From IMG/VR virus record IMGVR_UViG_3300042465_007438, positions 1 through 56,446 of that record: 56,446 nucleotides of DNA. The stretch is one strand, 5' to 3'. The notes below the pieces were generated by a model that made no database searches, had not been told where the DNA came from, and saw only the letters and a list, made by a program, of their open reading frames with translations. Positions within the stretch are counted from its first letter, which is position 1; the number at the start of each line of letters is the position of its first letter. This DNA is from a virus. Taxonomy: Duplodnaviria > Caudoviricetes. This document shows positions 10,651 through 20,004 of this stretch, piece by piece. Made by a program: the position numbers and the translations under genes.

Positions 10651-10938
10651 CTATTTATAAATATTAAAATTTTCCCATTGCTCTTTGGTCATCATCTTAG
10701 GGTAACACGGAGTTTCTGAAGAACAAGCTCGATCTTCAAACACCTTAGCAGAAACTTGACATCCACAATGCACACATTTGTCTTGATTGTAACACTCCGG
10801 ACTCTTTTGTTTAACCAGATCAATTCTCCACAAAGCTTGTTCTTCAATGTGGGGAGGAAGCTCTCCAAAATCGTTTAGAACTTTTCGGATATTTCCTTGG
10901 ATAAAACCTTTAATATTATTCAAAGTTATCTTCGCCAT
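10651..10938 (-). CDS. Cys-rich (Zn-binding) hypothetical protein
   Basis: C..CVHCGC..C..CYP motif. Confidence 0.65.
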   Translation of the reverse strand: MAKITLNNIKGFIQGNIRKVLNDFGELPPHIEEQALWRIDLVKQKSPECYNQDKCVHCGCQVSAKVFEDRACSSETPCYPKMMTKEQWENFNIYK

Positions 10939-11353
10939 CGTCAGTTTTAGTAAGTTTTTTATTTTTATAAATGTATTGTAGTTCTTCTAGTTTTTTGGCA
11001 ATCCTTTCTTGCGCTTTATCATGCAATTCTCGTAGCTCTTCGTCAGTACAGTTCTGATAATCTTCTCTCTTTACTCCTAACAAAGATACTATCTTTGATA
11101 TAACAGCATTTCTTGATCCAGGTTTTCTATTTGTAAAGTAAGAGCTGTCTATCGTAGATTTACTTTTTAGTTCTACCTCTCTCATAATAAATGTACCTAA
11201 AGGATTATCAACTTCTATATGATTAAATCCTTCAATCTGATCTCTAATGTAAGAAAAGTATCCTTCTAAGATTTGATAATAATGCTCATCAGAAATAGAA
11301 AAAGGAAGTCTTTCCTTTACTTTATCTTTTATAGTATGGATGGTAGACTTCAT
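10916..11353 (-). CDS. possible HU/IHF-like DNA-binding protein
   Basis: Two helices followed by IEVDNPLGTF strand motif; such genes are usual upstream of crAss-like head modules. Confidence 0.4.
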   Translation of the reverse strand: MKSTIHTIKDKVKERLPFSISDEHYYQILEGYFSYIRDQIEGFNHIEVDNPLGTFIMREVELKSKSTIDSSYFTNRKPGSRNAVISKIVSLLGVKREDYQNCTDEELRELHDKAQERIAKKLEELQYIYKNKKLTKTDDGEDNFE

Positions 11354-11729
11354 TTTTAGAAGTGTCAAGTTTTACTAAGTTGATTTGCATGTAGTCAGAA
11401 TCAAGAATCAGCAACTTAGGATTTAAAGAAACAGTTTTGTCATCATTTCTTACCAAGTAACCCTGAGCAATTAAAGTACTGATGTAATTAATACAAGAGT
11501 TCTTAGATGTTAAAATACGATCACCTACAATTTTATCCTTAGCAGACGGGCCATAATAATATACGTAGGCCAAAATCGTAATGATCGTGTCGTTTAACAA
11601 AGGAATAGGAAAGTTGATAGACTGATTAAGTTGGAACTTTACAAACTCAATAGGAGGTAAGTGATATTCCTTAAAGAGTTTTTTAACTTCCTTTTTTTGA
11701 GCAGTATCTGCTTCGTTGGTAATATTCAT
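11322..11729 (-). CDS. hypothetical protein, possible winged helix
   Basis: 135 aa; NYISTLIAQGYLVR..VSLNP pattern. Confidence 0.5.
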   Translation of the reverse strand: MNITNEADTAQKKEVKKLFKEYHLPPIEFVKFQLNQSINFPIPLLNDTIITILAYVYYYGPSAKDKIVGDRILTSKNSCINYISTLIAQGYLVRNDDKTVSLNPKLLILDSDYMQINLVKLDTSKNEVYHPYYKR

Positions 11730-11732
11730 AGT

Positions 11733-11987
11733 TTATACTTTATTTTTTAAAAGTGCCTTTTTAATCTTAGACTCTACATTCAAGATATTCAGATCTAATG
11801 CCTGATATAATATAGTGTCAATATTGACATCAAGTTCATTGGCAATAGAAGTAGCTTGTTTCAAATTCAAATTCCATTTGTTTCTTTTAAATTCACTCAA
11901 AACAAAGGAAACTCCAAGTTCTTTTTCTTTAGCCTGCTTAATCAGGTTTTGAAAAAGCTGCTCTTTGTTAAATTCAGACTGGTTCAT
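11733..11987 (-). CDS. hypothetical protein, possible HTH
   Basis: 84 aa ORF in operon; LKQATSIANELDVNIDTI. Confidence 0.5.
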   Translation of the reverse strand: MNQSEFNKEQLFQNLIKQAKEKELGVSFVLSEFKRNKWNLNLKQATSIANELDVNIDTILYQALDLNILNVESKIKKALLKNKV

Positions 11988-12047
11988 AGTTTACATTTTA
12001 AGTTAGTAATTTTTTGTATAAAGAAATATGTTTAACTGACAATGCCG

Positions 12048-12055
12048 CAAATATA
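12048..12055 (-). promoter_or_regulatory. Bacteroidota sigma-A -7 box (TATATTTG)
   Basis: Matches TAnnTTTG ~60 nt upstream of the 11987 start. Confidence 0.55.
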
Positions 12056-12073
12056 CATAATTTTTATGAATTA

Positions 12074-13000
12074 TCAAACTCCGTAAATAAAATTAGCAGG
12101 GGCAGTGGTAGGACGAGAGTAAATTATCTCTTTACCTTCTCTGGTAGAAGTTATCTTTTTTTCTTTCTCCCAGTTTTGTCTAACTTTTTTAGCAGTATTT
12201 TCAGATCTGTTAATAAGTTCCATGATTTGTTTGTCCAACTCAGATGCTGTACACGGAAATTCAATTTGCTCAATTAGGTTTATGTTTTGCTTTAGGGTAA
12301 GCATTTCTGTAGACTCATTGAAAATAGCTTTCATCCCTAAAGGTTTACCTTCTCGAAGTTTAGTTGTTTCTATTGCAAAGTAATCTCGACGATCAGCAAT
12401 AGCTATACTGGAAACAACTTTCTGTTCCAAAAGAGAGCCAATGTGACCTCTGGCTTTAGTATGAAGTCCAGAGTCTTCGTTCTGGTGAAGGACACCAATA
12501 ATGGCACAGTCGTACTTTTCGATACCGTTCATTAATTCCTTGATTAAAGACACACATTGATCAATGTCATTAATGTTGTCTACGAAGTCTCCTAACTGGT
12601 CAATGATAATTACGTAAGGGTTGGTATTTCGAGCTATCTCCTTAAGGTCGGATAGTTTGTTACTAGACCCACAAATGTCAAAGAATTTAAGTTTGTCCTC
12701 ATAGCTAGGAGGACACTGATCTAGAACTTTGAGATAACGACGCTGAAGATGGTAGCGAGACATTTCCGTTGAGATGTAGACTACACATCTTCCCTCAGGG
12801 CAAGGTTGGTATTCAAAGTCAAGATCATCCGGGTTGCCAGACAAACCTACCATGAAGTTCATGGCAAGTCGTGATTTACCTGAACCTGTTTCCCCCTTTA
12901 CCAAACAAATAGAAGAGTTAGTAAGGAGTTCTGCATTTTCTTTCTTGATAAGAATGACAGGCCGCATGAATTGAGAATCTTTAGTTATTTCTATATACAT
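12074..13000 (-). CDS. RecA-fold AAA ATPase (AAA_25/RepA-like helicase)
   Basis: GETGSGKS Walker A, YISTE, IIIDQ Walker B, VLHQN, ARGHIGSLLEQK. Confidence 0.8.
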   Translation of the reverse strand: MYIEITKDSQFMRPVILIKKENAELLTNSSICLVKGETGSGKSRLAMNFMVGLSGNPDDLDFEYQPCPEGRCVVYISTEMSRYHLQRRYLKVLDQCPPSYEDKLKFFDICGSSNKLSDLKEIARNTNPYVIIIDQLGDFVDNINDIDQCVSLIKELMNGIEKYDCAIIGVLHQNEDSGLHTKARGHIGSLLEQKVVSSIAIADRRDYFAIETTKLREGKPLGMKAIFNESTEMLTLKQNINLIEQIEFPCTASELDKQIMELINRSENTAKKVRQNWEKEKKITSTREGKEIIYSRPTTAPANFIYGV

Positions 13001-13001
13001 A

Positions 13002-13027
13002 CAAAGTTAAGATTTTCTGCAAAGGTA
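13002..13027 (-). promoter_or_regulatory. two Bacteroidota -7 boxes (TAACTTTG, TACCTTTG)
   Basis: TAnnTTTG matches at 13009-13002 and 13027-13020 just upstream of the leftward arm. Confidence 0.55.
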
Positions 13028-13029
13028 AA

Positions 13030-13580
13030 AAATGTTATTTATAACACCAACAGTTTTTTTAAAGAAATTGTAGTTGTTGGTTTTGCTTAACTTTCATCAC
13101 CACCATATATATCCCCAAGTTGTTGGTGTTATTATAAAACCAGTATACTAAGCCCTAAACAGCGTTACGTAGTCCGCCCTATAGGGGCGGCTACTTCTGC
13201 GCTGCTTATTAAGGGAAAGTTCAACTATCAAAGATAATAATGGTTTGTCTATACTGACTACAATACCAACAGTACTAAAAGTAAGGTGAAACATTATTGG
13301 TTATATTTTACAAACTAACTATCAAAGTTTGATACTACTATCAGCTGGCTGGTAATAAGTCAGGTAGTTTTGTGAAAAAGTTGAAACTTGTATCAATTAA
13401 ATAATAAAGATATAAATAAAAATTTTTTATAATTTTTTTTGGCAACTGCAATTTCTAAGTATAGTCGTGTGATGGGGTTACCCTACCACCAGACCTACGC
13501 ACCCGTCCTTGACTTGGCAGGTACCCCCCCGGTTGCTTGTTGCCGATAGTGGCTTTTATCCGGGATTTGTTTTACGTAAA
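13030..13580. other. non-coding strand-switch region with direct and inverted repeats (candidate origin or terminus)
   Basis: ataacaccaaca/tgttggtgttat inverted repeat (13041-52/13121-32), aactatcaaag twice (13223, 13317), GC hairpin ~13169-13194, AT tract ~13395-13440. Confidence 0.5.
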
Positions 13581-14018
13581 ATGCTTTATTTTATGAACGC
13601 TCCTAAAGTTCGCAAGATTGTTGGTGAGATTGTGTCTATCTCACCGCTGGACAGCAACGAGATTACTCTCATTAGCATCCAGGATTCAGACAACGATCTG
13701 CACACCGTCAGTACTTCCAACAAATACTGGAAAGCCGTAGGGCGTTTCTTCCAGGTTGGTAGTATTGTGGCGATTGAGGCAGAAGTGCGGGTGAAAGATG
13801 TCACCGAGTACACCGATGCAGCAGGTGCTACGCAAAAGCACACCAGCGACGGTATGAATATTGCGAGAGTTACTGCATACTCCGCGTCTGCCTGGAAGTC
13901 CGCACTCACCAAGAAAACCATTGCAGAAATGGAGGCGGCACTCAATACCGTTGATGTGGAGCGCGCTAATGCATTCGCTACTTTCTACGGTGCAGCCCTG
14001 GTAGCCATGAAGAATTAG
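13581..14018 (+). CDS. first early-arm gene, possible OB-fold protein
   Basis: ATG start at 13581 or 13593; beta-rich N-terminal part (FQVGSIVAIEAEV); followed by a terminator. Confidence 0.6.
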   Translation: MLYFMNAPKVRKIVGEIVSISPLDSNEITLISIQDSDNDLHTVSTSNKYWKAVGRFFQVGSIVAIEAEVRVKDVTEYTDAAGATQKHTSDGMNIARVTAYSASAWKSALTKKTIAEMEAALNTVDVERANAFATFYGAALVAMKN

Positions 14019-14056
14019 AGGCAGGTGCTACCGCATTAAGAGCACCCTTCACCGCC

Positions 14057-14092
14057 AACCTGTCGGACTTCACTGTCCGGCAGGTTTTTTTT
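14057..14092 (+). terminator. rho-independent terminator
   Basis: aacctgtcggac/gtccggcaggtt stem followed by a T tract. Confidence 0.8.
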
Positions 14093-14127
14093 AACGGCAT
14101 TAAATAGAAAAGTAAATATCTTAATAT

Positions 14128-14319
14128 ATGAAACAGTTACTGTTTGTTCTAATTCTTTGCTTAGCCGCTTCGTGCGGCAAAACGAAAACCTACAAAGTCC
14201 AACCCATTGGGAAGGACTTTGTAGAAATCCACAACCTCAACAGCGGATTCGCTGTTGGGGACACAGTAAAATTATCCGTTACCCGAAAGGTACGGATAAT
14301 TCAGATCCTACCTGAGTAA
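14128..14319 (+). CDS. small lipoprotein-like protein
   Basis: MKQLLFVLILCLAAS-C lipobox-type signal. Confidence 0.6.
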   Translation: MKQLLFVLILCLAASCGKTKTYKVQPIGKDFVEIHNLNSGFAVGDTVKLSVTRKVRIIQILPE

Positions 14320-14330
14320 TCAGGTAGGAT

Positions 14331-14439
14331 TTCACTAATGCACCATTTCTACTTCCCAAGGGTAGACAGTTGTAATAGATGTAGTAGGACTCTACATAAA
14401 AAGACCAGGGATCATAACAACTGAGTGCAGAGGGGTGAA
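14331..14439 (+). ncRNA. twister-like self-cleaving ribozyme candidate (type P1, variant)
   Basis: P1 ttcac/gtgaa, UAA, P2 tgca/tgca, P4 tctac/gtaga with loop ttcccaagg, P5 cagttg/caactg, GAGGG before P1'. Confidence 0.55.
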
Positions 14440-14931
14440 TTTTACGGATAGTTAAGTCCACACGAAGCCCGAAACGTATGTCGGGAGGGGGTAAAATCCA
14501 ATAGCGTGATGGGGTTGCTTAACTGACGTAAAAGTGGAATTCAAACGGCACCATGTGTCACCGTTACAGTCGGTAAAAAAAACTTAATAACTTCCCAAGT
14601 TGTTGAGGGCACCAGTTTCTTTGATTAAAAAGTAAGGATTAAACACTAACTTATAAAACATCTAATGTGAAGAGCATTAGTTTAGTTGGCTACCTTATCA
14701 AAGTTTTAGGTGTAAAACACAAAACATACCCAGAGAAAACTGGTGGGTATGTTATAGACAAGATGCTTATCGGAAGCAACGTAGCCCTCTTTGGAGACTT
14801 GCTACACCGCTCCTGTAAGTTCCCAGAGAAGTCTTGTCATTTGTGGAATTCAAGCACTACGCTACCGGGTAATAACCCTTGCAGTACCGTTATAGCCGGG
14901 ATTTTTAACGTTTAATTAAAATTGATTAGAT

Positions 14932-15147
14932 ATGAAAACAATGAAAGTCACAGTATTCGACGTACCCCAGCCCTTAGTTGGGTACGTCGAGGCAGCCCTT
15001 CAAGGGCTGCATTACCCAACTGTATTCCGTTTTAGAAACGGAATGCACGCCAGCACGTGGGCATCGAAAGATGCCTACGATTGCTGGGTGGCAGTCGAAG
15101 GTTTACTGAAGGCGAAAGGCCTTCAGTATGAAGTTCGGATTAAGTAA
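14932..15147 (+). CDS. hypothetical protein
   Basis: 71 aa, AT-rich leader, followed by terminator hairpin 15149-15191. Confidence 0.6.
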   Translation: MKTMKVTVFDVPQPLVGYVEAALQGLHYPTVFRFRNGMHASTWASKDAYDCWVAVEGLLKAKGLQYEVRIK

Positions 15148-15450
15148 GGCAACCCCTGCTGCTGTAAAGTAGTAGGGGTTGCACATTTTTTAAGCCTACT
15201 CAACTGAGTAGGGTGGCTACGTGGTTTCAAGACCTGTTCGTAGTTATGACGCGGAATACAGCATGATTCGCTCTGTTGTATAGTCCGGCATAGTTATCCA
15301 AGTAGTTGAGGATAACCGCAATCTTGATAGTCCGTAAATTACCTTAGGACTAAAGGCTGTTGATGATCACTTTGAGTGATATTGACAGTTAAGGTAGCGT
15401 AAGTCACAGCGTTAGACGTGACAGGTTATTGTTAAATCTGATATTCCAAT

Positions 15451-15819
15451 ATGGGACAGATTATTAACATGACACCTCATCCCATTCACATTTGTGGAGA
15501 AGACGGACAAGTTGTCCGTACTATCCCAACAAGTGGATGGGAACTTCGGCTGTCTACCTCTACGGAGGTAGTCGACCAATTTGATGGTATCACCATTACC
15601 AAAACGGTATTTGGTGAACCCTCAGCGGTTCAGGGTAAGTCCTTTGATGGACAGCCTAACCCGTGGGAGACAATCAATCGTAGCAATCGCTACGTCGTCT
15701 CTCAATTGGTTAAGAACGCCTTTGTAGGTCACTGGTTAGGTGATCTCTTAGTTGTTCCAGCCGAAGTGGTACGAGATTCCAGCGGCAACATCCTCGGATG
15801 TAAGTCGTTGGGTATCTAA
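15451..15819 (+). CDS. conserved phage hypothetical protein (NxTPH family)
   Basis: IINMTPHPIHI...YVVSQLV...PAEVVRDSSGNILGCKSL pattern. Confidence 0.75.
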   Translation: MGQIINMTPHPIHICGEDGQVVRTIPTSGWELRLSTSTEVVDQFDGITITKTVFGEPSAVQGKSFDGQPNPWETINRSNRYVVSQLVKNAFVGHWLGDLLVVPAEVVRDSSGNILGCKSLGI

Positions 15820-15965
15820 TACCTACGAGGAACTGAGTAAAGTCTCAGTATAATCAAAGCTCTCTATACCAATTACAGTAGGTATATGAGTAACATAGGG
15901 GTTATACCCATGCACTGTAGGAACATAGAGTGATACACTATGTTACCGTCAATGTATCTGTAATT

Positions 15966-16038
15966 GATCCCGTAGCTCAAAGGATAGAGCACCTGCCTTC
16001 TAAGCAGGCGGTTACAGGTTCGAGTCCTGTCGGGATTA
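15966..16038 (+). tRNA. tRNA-Arg(TCT)
   Basis: gatcccg/cgggatt acceptor, cctgc-cttctaa-gcagg anticodon arm, GGTTCGAGTCC T arm. Confidence 0.93.
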
Positions 16039-16134
16039 CAAAAAAACACATCACTGCATTGGTGTTGTTTTTTATTTTACTTACTGATGCAGCAGAAAAC
16101 AAACACATACTGGCTCTGTATAAACCAGGTTGAT

Positions 16135-16815
16135 ATGAACAAAATATCATATTCTTTTCCTGTAAGTGGCAACGACGTTGCCGAACTTCTTTCACAAAAA
16201 CACCGCACTCCCAGCGGTGGAGAATTTAATAACCCCAAATCCTGGATCTGGGAAATCCGGGACAAATACTGCAAAGGAAAATTTGGCCTAGGAAAGGCCA
16301 ACTTCCGCATTTTTGCGGATAAATTAGTATTTGTAAACGCAGCCCAGAGTTACGCTTGGGTATGCGTATTCACCCAAGAATTTGCGGCAAAAAGAAAGGC
16401 AATCGCCGATTCTATTGCAGAAAAAAACGCCGCTGCTGAAGCAGAGGTACTTTCTTTCACCGGTGTTGCCGTCATTACGACGGGACACGAAACGTGGTCA
16501 CCCAGTGGCCGCGAGGAGTGGAAGAAAAAAGAAATAGTAAAATTTGAGAACGGAATTCCAGTAGAAATACTGGAATCCGATCACTACTCTTCCGAGTATA
16601 CCTCGGGAGACAGAGCGTACGGTCTAGAACCGTACGCAGAAGGGAAAGATTTTATGTTGACCGAAGATGCTTGGGAAACTTTAGTTTCCTGGTATCAGCC
16701 GACATTAGTAATCAAAGTCTTAACCCGTGACAACGGGCAGTATGAAGAACATGATTACCGTTTAAACGGGGAGTACGTGCCCTCTCGGGCATGTATGGAA
16801 CTGATTAAGCGGTAA
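16135..16815 (+). CDS. hypothetical protein
   Basis: Long ORF, likely start MNKISY; hairpin 16821-16848 downstream. Confidence 0.7.
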   Translation: MNKISYSFPVSGNDVAELLSQKHRTPSGGEFNNPKSWIWEIRDKYCKGKFGLGKANFRIFADKLVFVNAAQSYAWVCVFTQEFAAKRKAIADSIAEKNAAAEAEVLSFTGVAVITTGHETWSPSGREEWKKKEIVKFENGIPVEILESDHYSSEYTSGDRAYGLEPYAEGKDFMLTEDAWETLVSWYQPTLVIKVLTRDNGQYEEHDYRLNGEYVPSRACMELIKR

Positions 16816-16933
16816 TAAAAAACCTTGCACAAGTGATTGTGCAAGGTTGGTTCACGAACGGCTGAAAAATCCATGCCGTGTACTGTAAGTATGTGTGAAA
16901 TGGTAATATTATTTAACATTAAATTATTTACGC

Positions 16934-17375
16934 ATGATTGTAGTGCATATTTCCTTGCTCACGAACAATTACTATCACGTATTCAGCAGCAAAAAGGATG
17001 CTGTTGAATATGCGGAACTGTGTGAGTTAAACTACCAAGACGAATATGTCGTGGTAGTTGATACTACCACACAAGAACAAGTGTATTACCGGGATTATAC
17101 CGATAATGATGAGGAACCATCCTATGAGTAGTGATTGCACACGGGTCGAGTACGTGGTAAAAATCACCGCTATAACCTCGGAAGAGGATACTAGCGGGGG
17201 TTACATCACGCAGCACCGTCAGGTAGGCGGCATCATCATCGATTCGCAGTGGGCTGAAAAGTTCACTGGTAAAGTCGGTGATGAAGTCAAATGGTGTGAA
17301 TGGATCGAAAGCGAAGGTGTCTACGGGCACCTTATCGTAACAGGTCTGGGCACTATTGTTTACGTTAATGCGTAG
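16934..17375 (+). CDS. two small overlapping hypothetical genes (16934-17131 and ~17123-17375)
   Basis: ORF track; short stop/start overlap. Confidence 0.55.
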
Positions 17376-17620
17376 ACACTACCAGTGGAGGGCATACTAA
17401 GTTGCTCAGGGATATAAAGTCAGAAGACTTCCCGCACGATAAAAGGTGTGAATAAACAAGGTGAGAATCTTTGTAATGGAAGGGAGTGGTTTCTGTTTTA
17501 TAAACAGAAATTCCTACGCTCTAAGCTTGAGCCACGTCGAAAGGCGGATGAAATGTAACTGAAGTCCAGCAGAGAATGGTATAAGGTTGCTTTTTTTAAA
17601 CAATTTAAATTTAATTTATT

Positions 17621-17812
17621 ATGGAATATCCAATTCAATTCTTCCCTACAGGATTTGACCGCATGTCCATCGAAGCCACCATGGAAGGGTGGCAGTTGTC
17701 CATTAATTGGACAGAGTTTGAGGAAGATGGACATAGTCACTGTTACGCAGAATATCTCGTAACAAAAGACAAGGCAGTGTTAATCAAAGGAGATTTTTAT
17801 CCCTTTGATTAA
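17621..17812 (+). CDS. hypothetical protein
   Basis: 63 aa with AT-rich leader. Confidence 0.55.
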   Translation: MEYPIQFFPTGFDRMSIEATMEGWQLSINWTEFEEDGHSHCYAEYLVTKDKAVLIKGDFYPFD

Positions 17813-17871
17813 TAAGATAAGGCAGTCGTAAGATAGCTTCCTATTCTTTTATCATTAATTTATAATATTAT

Positions 17872-18495
17872 ATGATTGACATGATCTCAGTAGAAGGAGG
17901 TACTTTCCTTTTAGGAAAAGTAACTCCTATAGAACTCTCCGATTTCAAAATCGGAAAGTACCCCGTCACCCAAGCGCAGTGGCGGGAAGTGATGGGTAGT
18001 AATCCGTCGTGGTTTAAAAACTGCGATAATTGTCCCGTAGAAGACGTATCCTGGAACGATATTCAGGACTTCCTGAAAAAACTCAACGACCTCACCGGTA
18101 AAACCTACCGCCTGCCTACGGAAGCCGAATGGGAATACGCTGCACAAGGCGGAAATTATAGCCTTGGCTATAAATATGCCGGAAGTAACAACTTGCAAAA
18201 AGTAGGTTGGTACTTAGGCAACTCTGGCGGCAAAACCCACCCGGTAGGCCGGAAAAAACCCAACGAACTGGGGTTGTACGATATGAGCGGGAACGTATGG
18301 GAGTGGTGCTGGGATTGGTACGGGGATTATCCGCCGGATGCAAAGAAGGATTACGCCGGGCCGGAAAAGGGCTCTGGCCGCGTGATTCGCGGCGGCGGCT
18401 GGCTCCACAGCGCCAAGTTCTGCCGCGCCGCTAATCGCTACAGCAACACGCCGTCGCTTCGCGACTATGACGTCGGCTTCCGGTTAGCAATGTAA
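17872..18495 (+). CDS. FGE-sulfatase (CLec-fold) protein, DGR target 1
   Basis: GKYPVTQAQW, PVEDVSW, YRLPTEAEWEYAA, PNELGLYDMSGNVWEW, RVIRGGGW...VGFRL. Confidence 0.92.
   Translation: MIDMISVEGGTFLLGKVTPIELSDFKIGKYPVTQAQWREVMGSNPSWFKNCDNCPVEDVSWNDIQDFLKKLNDLTGKTYRLPTEAEWEYAAQGGNYSLGYKYAGSNNLQKVGWYLGNSGGKTHPVGRKKPNELGLYDMSGNVWEWCWDWYGDYPPDAKKDYAGPEKGSGRVIRGGGWLHSAKFCRAANRYSNTPSLRDYDVGFRLAM
18370..18482 (+). repeat. DGR-type variable region VR1
   Basis: 113 bp, ungapped match to 21792-21904 with 20 mismatches, none at codon position 3; 68% GC. Confidence 0.85.
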
Positions 18496-18498
18496 AAA

Positions 18499-18532
18499 AT
18501 GCCTGTCTCAGCAAAAGAGCTGGGACAGGCAT
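18499..18532 (+). promoter_or_regulatory. hairpin just after VR1 (DGR homing hairpin or terminator)
   Basis: atgcctgtctcagc-aaaaga-gctgggacaggcat, 14-bp stem with one G-T pair and no strong T tract. Confidence 0.55.
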
Positions 18533-18631
18533 ATATTTATGCAAATATAAGGTTCAAACTCCTTGTAAAACATATGCAGATGACACTAATGTGTAATGCA
18601 GATATTTGCAAAAAACTTTACTTAACATCCT

Positions 18632-19769
18632 ATGGATAACTTAGTAACAACCGATTACACGAACTCCAAAACTCCTTATCGGGTTCGGTTAATGGAGGAA
18701 CTTAACCCCCTTCATAGCTGGAGATTCGAAACCGAAGAGGAATGCCTAGTGGCGATTTCTCTTTGGCTTGCTACTCCTGCAGAAGCAAGAGAAGTCACTC
18801 ATTTTTATCATACGTTTAAAAACGTATTGAGAATGATAGGCTGCAATACTAGTTGGAGCCATTAAAAAAATAAGTTGTAGGTGTATATACTTAAACCTTC
18901 ATTTTTTTCACATAAAATAAAAAAATCATGCGAATTGAACCATCACAAAGACTTGGGTTTTCCGAGTTTGCACAACACGCCTGCAATATGGCAAAAGAAA
19001 AACAAGTCTCAATAGAGTTTGATTGGAGTGGGATTGAATACGTTATTCCTCCAGGTACTCCATTTAAAGTTTTTCTAAAAAGAGCAACTGAGCTCCAGCA
19101 AGAAAGAATTAGAGAAAGGGAAACTTCTTTAGAAGGAATTAAATACAAAGAAGAACAAAGGAAAAAAGAAGAAGAGAGAAGACAACGATACTTAAACCTA
19201 ATGTGTGAGTTTCCAGATCTAGAAAATCTAGAAGAAACTCTAGACTGGTGCTATGAGATATTTAAAACGGGAAATTATTCTCGTAATTCCCGCATTTTAA
19301 ATGTATTCATAGCGTATTCATTAATTCCAGGAATGGAATTAGTATTTGATGATAGCAGTAAAGAAAGTTATGCTAAAATATTAATAGGAACCTTTCTAAC
19401 CGGCGTTGAAAACGGAGCAATACCAGAAGCGTTTCATCGCTTTTACAAGGATTTTAAAACAACATTTGCAAAATGAGCAACCTATATTGGAAAACCCAAA
19501 CAGGGCAACTTGTTTCCGTCGATGATATGACGGAAGATCACTTAAGGAATACCTTAAAGTGGATTATCAAAAATAATCCACATTTCTGTGCTGATTGTGG
19601 GTACATTGTACCTCCAACTTCAGTACATACAGAAAGGTGTCAACGAGTTGCAAAAAAGAAAATGGCTAAAGGTGCCACTAAATTTCGTCTCAACGGGGAC
19701 ATAGCACAGTCGTTTAACGACACTATGGAACAAGTTGAACAGGCGGAAGAAGCAAACTGGAATTACTAA
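18632..19769 (+). CDS. three hypothetical genes (18632-18865, 18928-19476, 19473-19769)
   Basis: Co-oriented ORFs with AT-rich leaders; the third has a CxxC..H..C motif. Confidence 0.6.
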
Positions 19770-20004
19770 AAAAAACTGACCGGATTCGGTATTTAAGTTC
19801 GGCTCCTGTTTCGGAGTAAGAAACACATGATATTTCATTATGTGGTATTCTATTTACCTTGGGACTGTTAATGACATTGATCTATTTCAATGGATTAAGA
19901 TTAGTCTTAACTGATTTACATTACCCTTACCAGTCGGGGTTGGATAAAGAGAGAGACTGGTATTTTATTTTCAATTAAATTTTCATTACTAAATTTTCAA
20001 AAAA

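Noticed and set aside
13509-13580. TTG-start N-terminal extensions in the ORF track (also 39585-39635)
   Set aside because: They run through non-coding or terminator sequence; downstream ATGs with AT-rich leaders are more plausible.
15930-16195. Short ORFs over tRNA-Arg (likewise 22398-22649 over the tRNA pair)
   Set aside because: They overlap clear tRNA genes and are likely spurious.
17376-17620. HDV-like or other ribozyme in this spacer
   Set aside because: Only scattered short stems; no nested double pseudoknot could be assembled.
17911-18434. Several alternative-frame ORFs within target 1
   Set aside because: By-product of locally high GC and few stop codons.
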